Shown: one piece after another, positions 9,365-19,499 of the stretch
Layout of the letters: each line of letters begins with the position of its first letter
Numbering within the stretch: the first letter of the stretch is position 1
Source of the DNA: Pirellulales bacterium
Lineage (GTDB): Bacteria; Planctomycetota; Planctomycetia; Pirellulales; Lacipirellulaceae
DNA length: 64,000 bases
Assembly (NCBI GenBank): GCA_040901765.1
Contig: JBBDYG010000071.1
Span: 44,645-108,644, forward strand
Direction: 5' to 3'
The notes under the pieces: generated by a model
The model's database searches: none
What the model was told of the DNA's origin: nothing
Seen by the model: the letters and a program-made list of their open reading frames with translations, nothing else
Program-made: the position numbers and the translations under genes

Positions 9365-10519
9365 CTACAGCAATTCCGGCCACATGGCGTCGCTCACGAG
9401 CAGCCCGTCGCGGGTCAGGCAAACCCGATGGCCGTCGTCCTGGAGCAAGCCCATCTGCACATAGCGCCTCAGCTCGCGGCCTGCGAGTTGGTCGATCTCG
9501 AAACCCGTAGCGCTCTGAAACGCGGCTCGATGGACGCCTTCTAGCCGCCGCAGGCCGAAAATCAGCCGCTCGCGAGCACGCTGTTCCGGATTGAGCCGCT
9601 CGCGCTCGGCAACCGGCGACTCGCCGGCCAGAACATGCTTAAGATATGTCGTCGTGCTGCGGTGATTCGTCTCCCGCATGCCATCGACGTACCGCGCCGC
9701 GCCGGGGCCGGCGGCATAGTAGCCGCCGCCGCTCCAATAATTCTCATTGTGGCGGCTGCGCTTGCCGGGCCGAGCAAAGTTGGAGACTTCGTAGTGCTCG
9801 AAGCCAGCACTCGAAAGCTCGTCGATTGTCCACTCGTACATCTCCCGCTGCAACTCTTCGTCGCTTTCCACCAGGTCGCGTTTCTCGCGGCGATTCCAAA
9901 ACGTGGTGCCACGCTCAAACGTAAGGCCATAAGCGGAAATATGTTCAGGAGCAAGCTCGATCGCTTCGCCCAAGTCCCGCTGCCAGTCGGCGAGCGTTTC
10001 ACCTGGGGTCGCGAAGATCATGTCGAGCGACACGTCGAGACCCGCGCCACGGGCTAACCGCACCGATTCGGCAATTGCCTCCGGCGCGTGGTCGCGTTCG
10101 AGCAGCTTCAGCTTTTCGACTCGAAAGGATTGCCCGCCAATGCTCAGGCGAGTGACGCCAAATTGAACGAGCGCCTCGACCAAGCCTGCGGAAAGATCGG
10201 CGGGATTCGCTTCAACCGTCCACTCGTTTCCCGCGGCCAGTGGGTGCCAATTGCGAACGGTCCGGACTAACCGGGAAAAGTCATCGATTGCGAGCCGCGT
10301 CGGCGTGCCGCCGCCGAAGTAGAGCGTATCGACCTCGCGCGGCGTTTCGAGCCACGACAGTTCTCGCTCGATCGCATCGAGATACGCGGGCACCAGATCA
10401 TCGCGTCCCGCGACGACAGTGAAGTTGCAATACCCGCAGTGGTGCCGGCAAAACGGGACGTGAATATACACCGCTCGGGGCGGGGCATCGACCGCGGCGA
10501 TGGTGGCCGCCGCGGTCAT
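9365..10519 (-). CDS. hemW: radical SAM heme chaperone HemW (HemN-like coproporphyrinogen III oxidase family)
   Basis: VYIHVPFCRHHCGYCNF and LYFGGGTPT motifs. 4-nt overlap with the upstream cytochrome c gene. Confidence 0.8.
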   Translation of the reverse strand: MTAAATIAAVDAPPRAVYIHVPFCRHHCGYCNFTVVAGRDDLVPAYLDAIERELSWLETPREVDTLYFGGGTPTRLAIDDFSRLVRTVRNWHPLAAGNEWTVEANPADLSAGLVEALVQFGVTRLSIGGQSFRVEKLKLLERDHAPEAIAESVRLARGAGLDVSLDMIFATPGETLADWQRDLGEAIELAPEHISAYGLTFERGTTFWNRREKRDLVESDEELQREMYEWTIDELSSAGFEHYEVSNFARPGKRSRHNENYWSGGGYYAAGPGAARYVDGMRETNHRSTTTYLKHVLAGESPVAERERLNPEQRARERLIFGLRRLEGVHRAAFQSATGFEIDQLAGRELRRYVQMGLLQDDGHRVCLTRDGLLVSDAMWPELL

Positions 10520-11685
10520 GGCGACTCCTGATGGCGAAACGAAGCGTGAGTTGGGTCGCCTTTAGCTTCGACGTAGGCCAACAAGTCGAGCAGTTCCTCT
10601 TCACTTAACACATCGATCATGCCCGCGGGCATCGCCGAAGTTGTAAGCGGTTCTGGCTCGTCGTCTAGCTGATGGCGCTCGACGCGCTGCGGCGTGCAAT
10701 CGTGCATCGGATCGGCAATTACGACAAGGTAGTCCTTTGTTTGTTCAGTCACTAGTCCGGTGATCGGTTTGCCATCTACCACCAACAGGAACTGACGATA
10801 GTTCTCAGCGATTTTTTTATCGGGAGCGATGATTGCCTCGGCCAATTCGCGGCGGGATGGCCGGTATTCCGCACTCGTAAGATTCGGCCCGACGAGCGTA
10901 TCGTGCTCGCTCTTCACGTGGCATCGGTGGCAACCGACCTCATGGTACGCGCGCCGGCCGCGAGCAAATGATCGCGAACCGGCTGGCCAATCGAGTGCGG
11001 GATCCAGATCGCTCATTACGTAGCGTCGCACAGACAGACGGGGCGATTTGAGCAATTGATCCGTCGCAAATCGCGGAAGCGTTGCAGTAGCCACGGCGCT
11101 CAACGCGAGGTCATCCTCCGCGGCCTCAAGCGCCGCGCGGATTTCCTGCTCCAGGCCCGGAACCGATCCGAGAGCGGCAATCACCGCCTTGCGGGCGCCC
11201 AGCCGTTGCTCATCCGGCCAACCGGACAGCAGGCTCAACGAATCGTCGTCCAGAAGCGGCACAGCCCTCTCTGCCAGTGCAATCCGTAGATAATCATCCA
11301 TCAGCAGCGGCATCGCAGCGAGCAGATTGATGAATCCGTCAGATGTTCCCCAGGCAAGTTCCCACGCCGGGTCGATGTGGCCATCGACCGTCATCAGTGC
11401 CGCGAATGCAGTCGCGGCCAAATCGGAATCATCGCCCACCGCTAGTTTTTGCAACCGCGCACGTTGGGCGTATAGTGCGTCGTACTTGCGGGATGCCATC
11501 AACGCCAGAATCGAACTAGGCCAAGCCGAATCGCTTGCTACATTGACTGGAAGTTGACTTGCAGTAACGATTTGCTTTGTCTCTCGGTCACAGCCGCCCA
11601 AGGACACGACGACCAACCACAATAGCACCGCACAGCGCACACTTCGCAGGTGAGTCGGAAGTGTGCGGAGACTTGTAAACATCAT
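10516..11685 (-). CDS. lipoprotein with C-terminal cytochrome c domain
   Basis: CHRCH heme-binding motif (CxxCH) near the C-terminus. Signal peptide ending SLGGC from the internal ATG (MMFTSL). Confidence 0.6.
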   Translation of the reverse strand: MMFTSLRTLPTHLRSVRCAVLLWLVVVSLGGCDRETKQIVTASQLPVNVASDSAWPSSILALMASRKYDALYAQRARLQKLAVGDDSDLAATAFAALMTVDGHIDPAWELAWGTSDGFINLLAAMPLLMDDYLRIALAERAVPLLDDDSLSLLSGWPDEQRLGARKAVIAALGSVPGLEQEIRAALEAAEDDLALSAVATATLPRFATDQLLKSPRLSVRRYVMSDLDPALDWPAGSRSFARGRRAYHEVGCHRCHVKSEHDTLVGPNLTSAEYRPSRRELAEAIIAPDKKIAENYRQFLLVVDGKPITGLVTEQTKDYLVVIADPMHDCTPQRVERHQLDDEPEPLTTSAMPAGMIDVLSEEELLDLLAYVEAKGDPTHASFRHQESP

Positions 11686-11894
11686 CGAATTTCGCAACAG
11701 GTGCCGGTTGGGTTCATTATGAACCACCTTGCGTTTCTTGGCCATGAGTAGCATTTTGAACAGAAGGTCGCCAAGTTCGCGAAGGAGTTGGAAAAAGTCT
11801 GGGCTGAAACAGACTTTCTGACCTTCCTCATTCTTTGCGGACTTTGCGGCCTTCTGTTCAAGCGTTCGGCAGTTTTGTTCCGGCGGCAATTCTC

Positions 11895-14315
11895 ATGGCA
11901 ATCGACCCGATTTGCGGCATGCAGGTGGACGAAGCGACGGGCCTGTCGGCCGAGCGCGATGGGGAGAAGTTTTATTTTTGCAGCCCGTTCTGCCGGGAAA
12001 AGTTCTTGCGGGACGAGGTGCCCGAGGAACCTTCTCCTCGCCACATGAAGGCCGAGCCGGCGGTGGTATCTATCGCGATTCCCAACGCCGACGCGGCAAA
12101 GTACATCTGCCCCATGTGCCCCGGCGTGGAAAGCGACCGCCCCGGCCCGTGCCCTAAGTGCGGCATGGCGCTAGAGCCGGCGACCGTGGCGCCGCCGACA
12201 ACGCGGACCATTTACACCTGCCCGATGCATCCAGAAATCGAGCAGGACCACCCCGGTGCGTGCCCGAAGTGCGGCATGGCGCTGGAACCGAAGTCTGTCG
12301 TTGCGGCTGAAGAAGACGATCCCGAACTGCGCAGCATGACGCTACGGTTTTGGGTGGGTCTCGTCTTGGGCGTGCCGGTCTTGCTGCTGGCAATGCTGCC
12401 GATGGTGGGCATCGACTTGGGCATCTCGATGGCAACCTCACGATGGTTGCAACTGACGTTGGCAACTCCGGTGGTGTTGTGGGCCGGCTGGCCCTTCTTC
12501 GAGCGCGGCGGGCGGTCGGTCATTACCTGGAATCTCAACATGTTCACGCTCATCGCGCTCGGCGTGGGGGCGGCGTACTTGTACAGCGTCGTTGCGATGC
12601 TCGTCCCCGATTGGATCCCCGACGCCTTCAAAGACCATGGCCACGTCGCGGTCTATTTTGAAGCGGCGGTAATGATCGTCGTGCTGGTGCTGCTCGGGCA
12701 AGTGCTAGAGCTGCGTGCGCGCCGGCTCACGAGCAGCGCCATTCGTGAACTGATGTCGCTCGCGCCGCCGACGGCGCGCCTCGTTCAAGATGGCGTGGAG
12801 CGCGACGTGCCGCTGGCCGAGGTGCGCACTGGCGACCTGCTTCGCGTGCTGCCGGGGGCAAAGGTTCCGGTCGATGGCACCGTCACCTCCGGCCGCAGCA
12901 CGGTCGACGAATCGATGATTACCGGCGAGCCATTGGCCGTCGCCAAGCAAGAAGGCGACACGCTGATCGGCGGCACGGTGAACCAGACCGGCTCGTTTGT
13001 GATGCGGGCCGAGCGCGTCGGCCAAGAGACCGTCCTCTCGCAGATCGTGCAACTCGTGTCGGAAGCCCAGCGGAGCCGCGCACCGATCCAGCGGCTGGCC
13101 GACCGTATCGCGGGATGGTTCGTGCCACTGGTGGTGCTCGTGGCCGTCATCACGTTCATCGCCTGGGCGCTCTTCTCGCCGCGAGAACCGCGCCTGGCGT
13201 ATGCGCTGGTTAGCGCCGTATCGGTGCTGATCATTGCCTGCCCCTGCGCTTTGGGCCTCGCTACTCCCATGTCAATCATGGTCGGCGTCGGCCGCGGCGC
13301 ACGGGAAGGCATCCTGATCAAAAACGCCGAAGTGCTCGAAACCTTGGAGCAAGTCGATACGCTCGTGGTGGACAAAACCGGCACGCTCACCGAAGGCCGG
13401 CCGAAGCTAACCGAATTGCACACCTCAGAAGGCGTTTCCGAACAGGACTTGTTGCGCCTCGCGGCATCCGTCGAACAGCAAAGCGAGCATCCTTTATCGC
13501 GGGCGATTGTCGAAGCGGCACAGGAGAGAGGGATCGCCCTCGCCCACATCCAAGACTTCAATTCGGTGACGGGCGGCGGGGTGCTCGGCATTGTCGAGGG
13601 GCGTCGCGTGGTGATCGGTAATCCCAACCTGCTGCGTGAGCAAAGGGTGACGGACGACGATCCGTTGCTCTCCGACGCGGTCCAGTTGCAAGAGCAGGGA
13701 CGAACGGTCGTGTTTGTGGCGGTCGATGGCCGCGCGGTGGGATTGCTCGCGATTGCCGATCCGATCAAACCGACTACGGCCGACGCCGTGCGCGAACTGC
13801 ATGCCCTGGGTCTGCGGATCGTAATGCTTACCGGCGACAACGAGCGAACCGCGAAGGCCGTTGCAAAGCAACTCGGAATCGACGAGGTGGAAGCTGGCGT
13901 CAGCCCGCAGCAGAAGCACGAGCGCGTGGTGGCTCTCAAAGCTGCCGGACGCAAAGTGGCGATGGCGGGGGATGGCATTAACGACGCCCCCGCGCTCGCT
14001 GCGGCCGATGTGGGCATCGCCATGGGCACCGGCACCGACGTGGCAATCGAAAGTGCCGGCGTGACGCTCGTGAAGGGCGACCTGCGCGGCATCGTGAAGG
14101 CGATCCGCCTCAGCCGGCGCACGATGCGGAACATCCGCCAAAACTTGTTCTTCGCGTTCATCTACAACGCGCTGGGCGTGCCTGTGGCCGCGGGAGTTCT
14201 TGTTCCCTTCGGGATCACCCTGCTCTTGAACCCAATGCTCGCCGCCGCCGCCATGAGCTTTAGCTCGCTATCGGTGGTGGCGAATGCCTTGCGGCTGCGC
14301 CACTCGCAGTTGTAA
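11895..14315 (+). CDS. copA: copper-translocating P1B-type ATPase with N-terminal TRASH/YHS domain and two HMBD repeats
   Basis: PICGMQVDE...FYFCSPFC (TRASH). 2x CPM(C/H)P...[10 protein letters not shown] (HMBD). TM CPC motif [25 protein letters not shown]. Confidence 0.9.
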   Translation: MAIDPICGMQVDEATGLSAERDGEKFYFCSPFCREKFLRDEVPEEPSPRHMKAEPAVVSIAIPNADAAKYICPMCPGVESDRPGPCPKCGMALEPATVAPPTTRTIYTCPMHPEIEQDHPGACPKCGMALEPKSVVAAEEDDPELRSMTLRFWVGLVLGVPVLLLAMLPMVGIDLGISMATSRWLQLTLATPVVLWAGWPFFERGGRSVITWNLNMFTLIALGVGAAYLYSVVAMLVPDWIPDAFKDHGHVAVYFEAAVMIVVLVLLGQVLELRARRLTSSAIRELMSLAPPTARLVQDGVERDVPLAEVRTGDLLRVLPGAKVPVDGTVTSGRSTVDESMITGEPLAVAKQEGDTLIGGTVNQTGSFVMRAERVGQETVLSQIVQLVSEAQRSRAPIQRLADRIAGWFVPLVVLVAVITFIAWALFSPREPRLAYALVSAVSVLIIACPCALGLATPMSIMVGVGRGAREGILIKNAEVLETLEQVDTLVVDKTGTLTEGRPKLTELHTSEGVSEQDLLRLAASVEQQSEHPLSRAIVEAAQERGIALAHIQDFNSVTGGGVLGIVEGRRVVIGNPNLLREQRVTDDDPLLSDAVQLQEQGRTVVFVAVDGRAVGLLAIADPIKPTTADAVRELHALGLRIVMLTGDNERTAKAVAKQLGIDEVEAGVSPQQKHERVVALKAAGRKVAMAGDGINDAPALAAADVGIAMGTGTDVAIESAGVTLVKGDLRGIVKAIRLSRRTMRNIRQNLFFAFIYNALGVPVAAGVLVPFGITLLLNPMLAAAAMSFSSLSVVANALRLRHSQL

Positions 14316-14333
14316 TCTCACGGCAGCCGGATG

Positions 14334-14352
14334 TCCCCCGGCGGAGCCGGGG
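14334..14352. terminator. GC hairpin between convergent genes (possible bidirectional terminator)
   Basis: cccccggc gga gccggggg, an 8-bp stem, 16 nt after the copA stop. No U tract follows. Confidence 0.3.
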
Positions 14353-14367
14353 GCTGGCAAGCGCAAA

Positions 14368-17232
14368 TCACGGCTCGGCCATGAATCGATAGATCATGGT
14401 TCGTGCGCCGTTGACCTCTTCGGCGCGAAGTTTCAGTTCACGACCCACCAGCTCTTTGCCCTTGGGATATTCGTAGATCTTAGTGTCGCCTTCCGGGCCA
14501 AGCATAAATACCTGCGTCCGCTTGCGGCGGTTGGGCGGGGCATAAAGCAGGCATTTGAAGTCGGCCGGAGTTGCGCCGCGGTTGGCCATCCATTGTTCAA
14601 TCACGAGTTCGTTATTGTCCCCCAACCGCGTGGTAAGGCGAATGTCGATGTCTTCCTGGCCGACGAACAGGTCGCGCCACACGCTGAAGCTGTAGTGCTT
14701 GTCGGCTTCCAGTTCAAAGTCGAGCCGCACCGGTTGGCGGCCGTAGGTGGCCTCATCGAGCTTTATTTCGAGCGGCAACTGGAACGTGCCGTCGGTCTTG
14801 ATGGCGAACTGACCGCGCTCGGGGGTGATCGACCAACGTTTATTCGGCATGGCGGAACGGTCGCCGCGGTCGCGAACTTGATCCGGCACGAAGATCGTGA
14901 CCGTGCCTCCGATGCCCTGTCCGAAATAATTGGCGAGTTGCAGGCTGTTGGAGTGGGGAACGCCAAAGATGCTGGGGACGCGCAGCGATCCGAAAGCCAC
15001 GTTGATCCGCCAGCGGGTGATGGCTTCGTGCAGCCCCAGTACGTAGGTGGGGAGGCGGCTGACGCGCAGTGTCACTTCGCGGTTGTCACCCGCGGTGAGC
15101 GGAGCGGGCCGGCCCCAGATGTCGAGTTGTTGCACGTTGTCGCCAAGAAACAATGTCTCTTCAACCGGATGGTCGGTCGTCGCGCTGTCGTTCCACACAA
15201 CCATCACCACGAGGCCATCATATCGCCGGAAAACGTGGTTGGGGCTGCCCTTGGGAAGTTCGAGCTGGCCGAGATACCCCGCTCCGCCGAGCAGACTGGC
15301 GGTGGTGCGCCAGGGAAGCAGCAGTTCGCCTGGCTCGCCCTCGCTGGTCATCAGGCCGCTCACATCGGTGAACGGATTGGGGCAATAGATGCCGGTCGCG
15401 CCGTGAATCTTGGCGGTGATCATCAAGTCGGTGAGTTGGCGGATACGGGCCTCTTGCAGTTCGCCCGGAGTAACACGCTCGGCTGGTTCTGGCGCTGGAG
15501 CCGCCGAAGATTTGGCATGGCTTGCAGAGTGATTGATTGTTGGATTGTCCGCTAAGTTGGAATTTGGAGCACTGGCGGAGCCAGTGGCACCCGAATTGTC
15601 GGGTGGGAGTGCCTGACCTATGGCGGGGATGCCGGTCAAGGACTGGGTGTCGATGAGGATCCAGGGCTTGTGCTTCGCGGAAATATCAAGCCGGTCGCGC
15701 AGCTCTTCCAGCGAGAGAGCAGGGTGCGACGACATTTGAACGAAATCGCAAGCACCTGGAATCAGGTCATGCGACCACCGCCAGTTGATGCCAAGCTGCA
15801 CGTCCTGGCCAAAGCGAAACAAGCTTTTCCGAATCGCCGCGACACGGCTCGTCAGATCCATGTCGCCTACAAAGCTCGTGTCGTCGTCGATTCCAAGCTG
15901 CCACCATCGTACGCGCAGCGAGAGGCGGGTCATCACGTGGTCGAACATCGTGAGCCAGCCCGTCGTGTCGCCCGAGAACAGATCGGCGACGTTCATCGGA
16001 TTCTTAACAGATTGCTTCGGTCCCTGCGGGTCGGTGATCAGACCCACGACGTCGATGTAGGAAGCTGCGAGCCGGTCGGCGAAGTGAATAAGTCGCTCGC
16101 CGCGGGCCGCGTCATCCGGCGCGAACCAGATGGGCAGCTTCACCCAACTGACGCCGAGTTGCGGCAAAAGCTGAGTTAGTTCCTCGAACGACAGGGGCTG
16201 GTCGGCATCGGGTAGGGTCCAGCCAAACTCACCACCCCGAGGACCGTCCAGCGGCGGCAGCACGGCCAGCGTGATCGTTTGCGATTCCAGCTCCCCTTGA
16301 TGCTCGCTGTCGAGCATGGCCACTCGCACGCGATAAAAGCCAAAGTCTTTGATGGGCGGCTGCCAGTGCAGCACGCCTTCATAGCCGGCAGGGACCGCCG
16401 ATGCTTGCTCGAGGACGGCGGCGCTGCGGCGATGGTCTTCCTCGATCAACGTTCCGTCGAGCCGGAGCCGCGCCTGGCCTCCGGCAATTGAATCGCCCAC
16501 GGAATCAAGCAGTTGAAACTCGATCTCGGGATTGCGCTGCCGAATGCCGCGGAGTGTGCAACTCACCTCGATGTCTTCAGGCAGTTGATAGATGTGGAGC
16601 GGGTCGCTGGCCGCGATCGCCATGCTCGGCAACCGCGCGAGCCGTACCCCGTCAACCCACACGATGCCATTGAGGTCGCCCCGTTCGCCGCGGCGTGTGG
16701 TTATGCGTAGAACCGCCCGGTCGATGTCGGCGTGAGCCGGCTTCATGGTTTCAAGGCGGATCGGAACCCAGCCATCGGTTGAAGTCATCGCCGGCGCGCG
16801 GACCAGTTGCAACGACTTGCCATACGCATCAAGAAAATCTACTTCCACGGTCACGTGGCTATGCGCGACCTGCTCGGTGCGCACCCGCATGTCGAGCGTG
16901 TAGCTGAACCGCGGCAGGACGCGAATCGGTGGGCTGGAAATCTCGGCGCTCGCGCCGTCAAGCGCGATTCGCAGGCACGGATCGCCTGGCGTCAGTGTGT
17001 CGTCTGCGATGCCGATGGCGACATATTGGGGGAATCCCGGGCCGGAGTTCCGCTCCCAACGATCGGGCCAGCCATCGAAGTTCACGTCCCAGGATGCATC
17101 GAAGTCGCAGTGAAAGATTTCGACCGTTTCGCCGGCGCTCGATTCGGCGACCGCATCATCGGCGGCAGGGGTTGGCGTTGAGAGCACCGCGGCGAAACAG
17201 GCGACGAGCAGCGGAAGATAACGAATAATCAT
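14368..17232 (-). CDS. large secreted hypothetical protein (possible glycoside-hydrolase-like TIM barrel plus beta-sandwich domains)
   Basis: Signal peptide MIIRYLPLLVACFAAVLSTPTPAADD from the internal ATG at 17232. 954 aa. No catalytic motif recognised with confidence. Confidence 0.5.
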   Translation of the reverse strand: MIIRYLPLLVACFAAVLSTPTPAADDAVAESSAGETVEIFHCDFDASWDVNFDGWPDRWERNSGPGFPQYVAIGIADDTLTPGDPCLRIALDGASAEISSPPIRVLPRFSYTLDMRVRTEQVAHSHVTVEVDFLDAYGKSLQLVRAPAMTSTDGWVPIRLETMKPAHADIDRAVLRITTRRGERGDLNGIVWVDGVRLARLPSMAIAASDPLHIYQLPEDIEVSCTLRGIRQRNPEIEFQLLDSVGDSIAGGQARLRLDGTLIEEDHRRSAAVLEQASAVPAGYEGVLHWQPPIKDFGFYRVRVAMLDSEHQGELESQTITLAVLPPLDGPRGGEFGWTLPDADQPLSFEELTQLLPQLGVSWVKLPIWFAPDDAARGERLIHFADRLAASYIDVVGLITDPQGPKQSVKNPMNVADLFSGDTTGWLTMFDHVMTRLSLRVRWWQLGIDDDTSFVGDMDLTSRVAAIRKSLFRFGQDVQLGINWRWSHDLIPGACDFVQMSSHPALSLEELRDRLDISAKHKPWILIDTQSLTGIPAIGQALPPDNSGATGSASAPNSNLADNPTINHSASHAKSSAAPAPEPAERVTPGELQEARIRQLTDLMITAKIHGATGIYCPNPFTDVSGLMTSEGEPGELLLPWRTTASLLGGAGYLGQLELPKGSPNHVFRRYDGLVVMVVWNDSATTDHPVEETLFLGDNVQQLDIWGRPAPLTAGDNREVTLRVSRLPTYVLGLHEAITRWRINVAFGSLRVPSIFGVPHSNSLQLANYFGQGIGGTVTIFVPDQVRDRGDRSAMPNKRWSITPERGQFAIKTDGTFQLPLEIKLDEATYGRQPVRLDFELEADKHYSFSVWRDLFVGQEDIDIRLTTRLGDNNELVIEQWMANRGATPADFKCLLYAPPNRRKRTQVFMLGPEGDTKIYEYPKGKELVGRELKLRAEEVNGARTMIYRFMAEP

Positions 17233-17305
17233 GGAAACGGCTTGCGGGGCGTGACTTTCGGGGCGCGACACGTGAAAATGTACCGCAGGCCAGGGGCGCA
17301 CCCAG

Positions 17306-18130
17306 TTGGCCGCGGCAATTGGGTCGAACTGCAAGGAACGCACAATCGTGTCAGAACTTAAAATCGGCATTCAAACCCGCAGCCTGCGGTTGCCGTTGAG
17401 ACAGGCGATTCGAGTCGCGGCGGAACTCGGCGCCGCGGGGGTCGAGATCGATCTGCGATACGAGCTGCGGCCCGAGGAACTGTCCCAGACCGGATTGCGG
17501 GAATTTCGCAAACTGCTCGCCGACCAGAATCAGCGCGTCTCGGCTGCGGCATTCCCCACGCGGCGCGGCTTCGGGGATGCAGCCGATCTCGATCGCCGCA
17601 TCGCGGCAACGCAACAAGCAATGGAATTCGCCGGTCGGCTCGGTGCGCGGGTGCTCGTAAACCGGGTCGGCGCTGTGCCGGCCGACGAAAGTGACCCCCG
17701 TTTTTTGCGGATGGTCGAGGCGCTCACCGCGCTGGGCGTGTATGGCGACCGCGTTGGAGTGCGGCTCGCGGCGCAAACGGCAAGCGAAAGCGGCCCGCAG
17801 CTTTTGCGGTTGCTCGCGCAACTGCCCGAGGGAACTATCGGCGTGGATTTCCACCCCGCTGCGCTGATTCAAGGCGGTTTCTCCGTTCCCGAAGCACTCG
17901 AAGCCCTGGCGCCGCACGTGATTCACGTCCACGCCTGCGATGCGGTCCGCGACTTCGGCCAGCAACGAGCCGTGGAGGTCGAATTAGGGCGCGGGGCGGC
18001 CGAAATTCCCGAAATCCTTGGCCGGCTCGAAGAGTTCAACTACCAAGGTTGGGTAACCATTGAACGCAGCGATACCGCGGATCCGCGAAGTGATATTGGA
18101 AACGCCGTGGCGTATCTCAAAGCGATGTAG
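17306..18130 (+). CDS. sugar phosphate isomerase/epimerase (xylose isomerase-like TIM barrel)
   Basis: LKIGIQTRSL...ELGAAGVEIDL with conserved Glu/His-containing blocks typical of the AP endonuclease 2 / xylose isomerase-like fold. Confidence 0.7.
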   Translation: MAAAIGSNCKERTIVSELKIGIQTRSLRLPLRQAIRVAAELGAAGVEIDLRYELRPEELSQTGLREFRKLLADQNQRVSAAAFPTRRGFGDAADLDRRIAATQQAMEFAGRLGARVLVNRVGAVPADESDPRFLRMVEALTALGVYGDRVGVRLAAQTASESGPQLLRLLAQLPEGTIGVDFHPAALIQGGFSVPEALEALAPHVIHVHACDAVRDFGQQRAVEVELGRGAAEIPEILGRLEEFNYQGWVTIERSDTADPRSDIGNAVAYLKAM

Positions 18131-18251
18131 AATGTGAGATGTGAGAAGGCAGAAGTAAAAAAGGACTCTCGTTAGCTGCGACGCCCGCCACGGCGGGCAG
18201 GCTTCGTCCTCGGAGCGGAGCGCGTAGGGCACCGGCTGTTGGATAAAATGC

Positions 18252-18514
18252 ATGCAGTACCTCCGCCTTTTGTGGGACGATGCAGACGACCTTCGAGGCA
18301 ATCTGCAGCACGTCCTGGATCATGGGCTGAGTATCGAGGACGTAGGCGACGCAATGCACAACCCGCCGCCCGTGGGACCAGTAAATCAAGTGGCCTGCCG
18401 TGCTTGTGGGGATATACTAGAGATGGCACGTACCTCTTTGTAGTCTACGAGGAAGTCGAGAAGACGCGGCTCGTGTCGTTACAGCCTATGAAGTCCCTGA
18501 ACCGAAATAGCTGA
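18252..18514 (+). pseudogene. BrnT-like (DUF497) toxin gene with apparent frameshift
   Basis: Frame 0 gives the N-terminal LWDDADDLRGNLQHVLDHGLSIEDVGDAMHNP (BrnT pattern F-WD-...KHG-S-EEA). The +2 frame from about 18400 gives the C-terminal LWGYTRDGTYLFVVYEEVEKTRLVSLQPMKS (BrnT pattern RW..G....LVVVYT.R...IRIISARKA). The switch occurs around 18366-18400. Confidence 0.45.
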
Positions 18515-18524
18515 CGCCAGACAA

Positions 18525-18860
18525 ATGGAAACCAGACAAATGGAAACCAGAATCGAACACGTGTTTACTCATCGAGGGCGGACGTCCGAAGAAGCGGCCC
18601 GCGACGATGCCATTCGTCGAGCCGTGAAGGAGGAGTTTCCTCCCGCGCGCTCTGCGGACCTGCACGGCCCAGGCACGTTCAGCGACACGCTGCGAGATTC
18701 GCTCAGGAGCAGCGAACGTCCCTTGGATCAGATCGCGGCCTCTGCGGGCGTTTCACCCACGCTTCTGGCGCGCTTTCTGGGTGGCGAGTGTGACATCCAC
18801 ATCACCACTGCGGACAGATTGGCGAAGGCTTTGGATCTAGTCGTCGCGGCAGTTGAATAA
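18525..18860 (+). CDS. HTH (XRE-like) antitoxin candidate paired with BrnT-like toxin
   Basis: The helix-turn-helix segment LDQIAASAGVSPTLLARFLGGE lies immediately downstream of the toxin remnant. Confidence 0.5.
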   Translation: METRQMETRIEHVFTHRGRTSEEAARDDAIRRAVKEEFPPARSADLHGPGTFSDTLRDSLRSSERPLDQIAASAGVSPTLLARFLGGECDIHITTADRLAKALDLVVAAVE

Positions 18861-18897
18861 GGTGGCGGGTTGCGGACTGTCATAGAAAAGTGGCGCA

Positions 18898-19371
18898 ATG
18901 ACCCAAAACTATCACGTCCGGCTCGCTAAGGAACAGTTTACCTTCAGCGCCGCGCATTTCATCACGTTCGCCGGCAACATCTGCGAACGACTCCATGGGC
19001 ACAACTATCACGTCGCGGTCGAGGTCCACGGATTACTCGATGAAAACCAGTACGTGATCGATTTCATCGCCCTTCGCGATGCGGTGCTGGCCATTACGCG
19101 AGCATTGGATCACCACGTGCTGCTGCCCACAACGCACCCGACGATCAAGATCGAAGCCGACGATCGCGAGGTGACGGTCACTTTTGAAGAACGGCGATGG
19201 GTCTTCCCGCTCGACGACTGCGTGCTGCTGCCGGTGGCCAACACCACCGCGGAACTGGTAGCGCGATACATCGGCGAACGTCTCATCGCGGGAATGCAGC
19301 CGAAGCCCGAGAAGCTGATTGTCTCCGTCGATGAATGCGATGGTCAACAAGGCGTTTGCGCGATGTCGTAG
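18898..19371 (+). CDS. queD: 6-carboxy-5,6,7,8-tetrahydropterin synthase (PTPS/QueD family)
   Basis: CERLHGHNY (CxxxHGH) zinc-binding motif and FTFSAAHF block. Confidence 0.8.
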   Translation: MTQNYHVRLAKEQFTFSAAHFITFAGNICERLHGHNYHVAVEVHGLLDENQYVIDFIALRDAVLAITRALDHHVLLPTTHPTIKIEADDREVTVTFEERRWVFPLDDCVLLPVANTTAELVARYIGERLIAGMQPKPEKLIVSVDECDGQQGVCAMS

Positions 19372-19499
19372 CAGCTCGCAGCCCCCGCAAACTCTTCCTA
19401 ATCGGCAAATTCTTTCAACTAACTCGGCGCTCGTGGCCGATCTTTCGATGGAAGCTGCCATGCGATCGCAGCTAGCATCCCTCGTGAGAGTTTGCCGCC

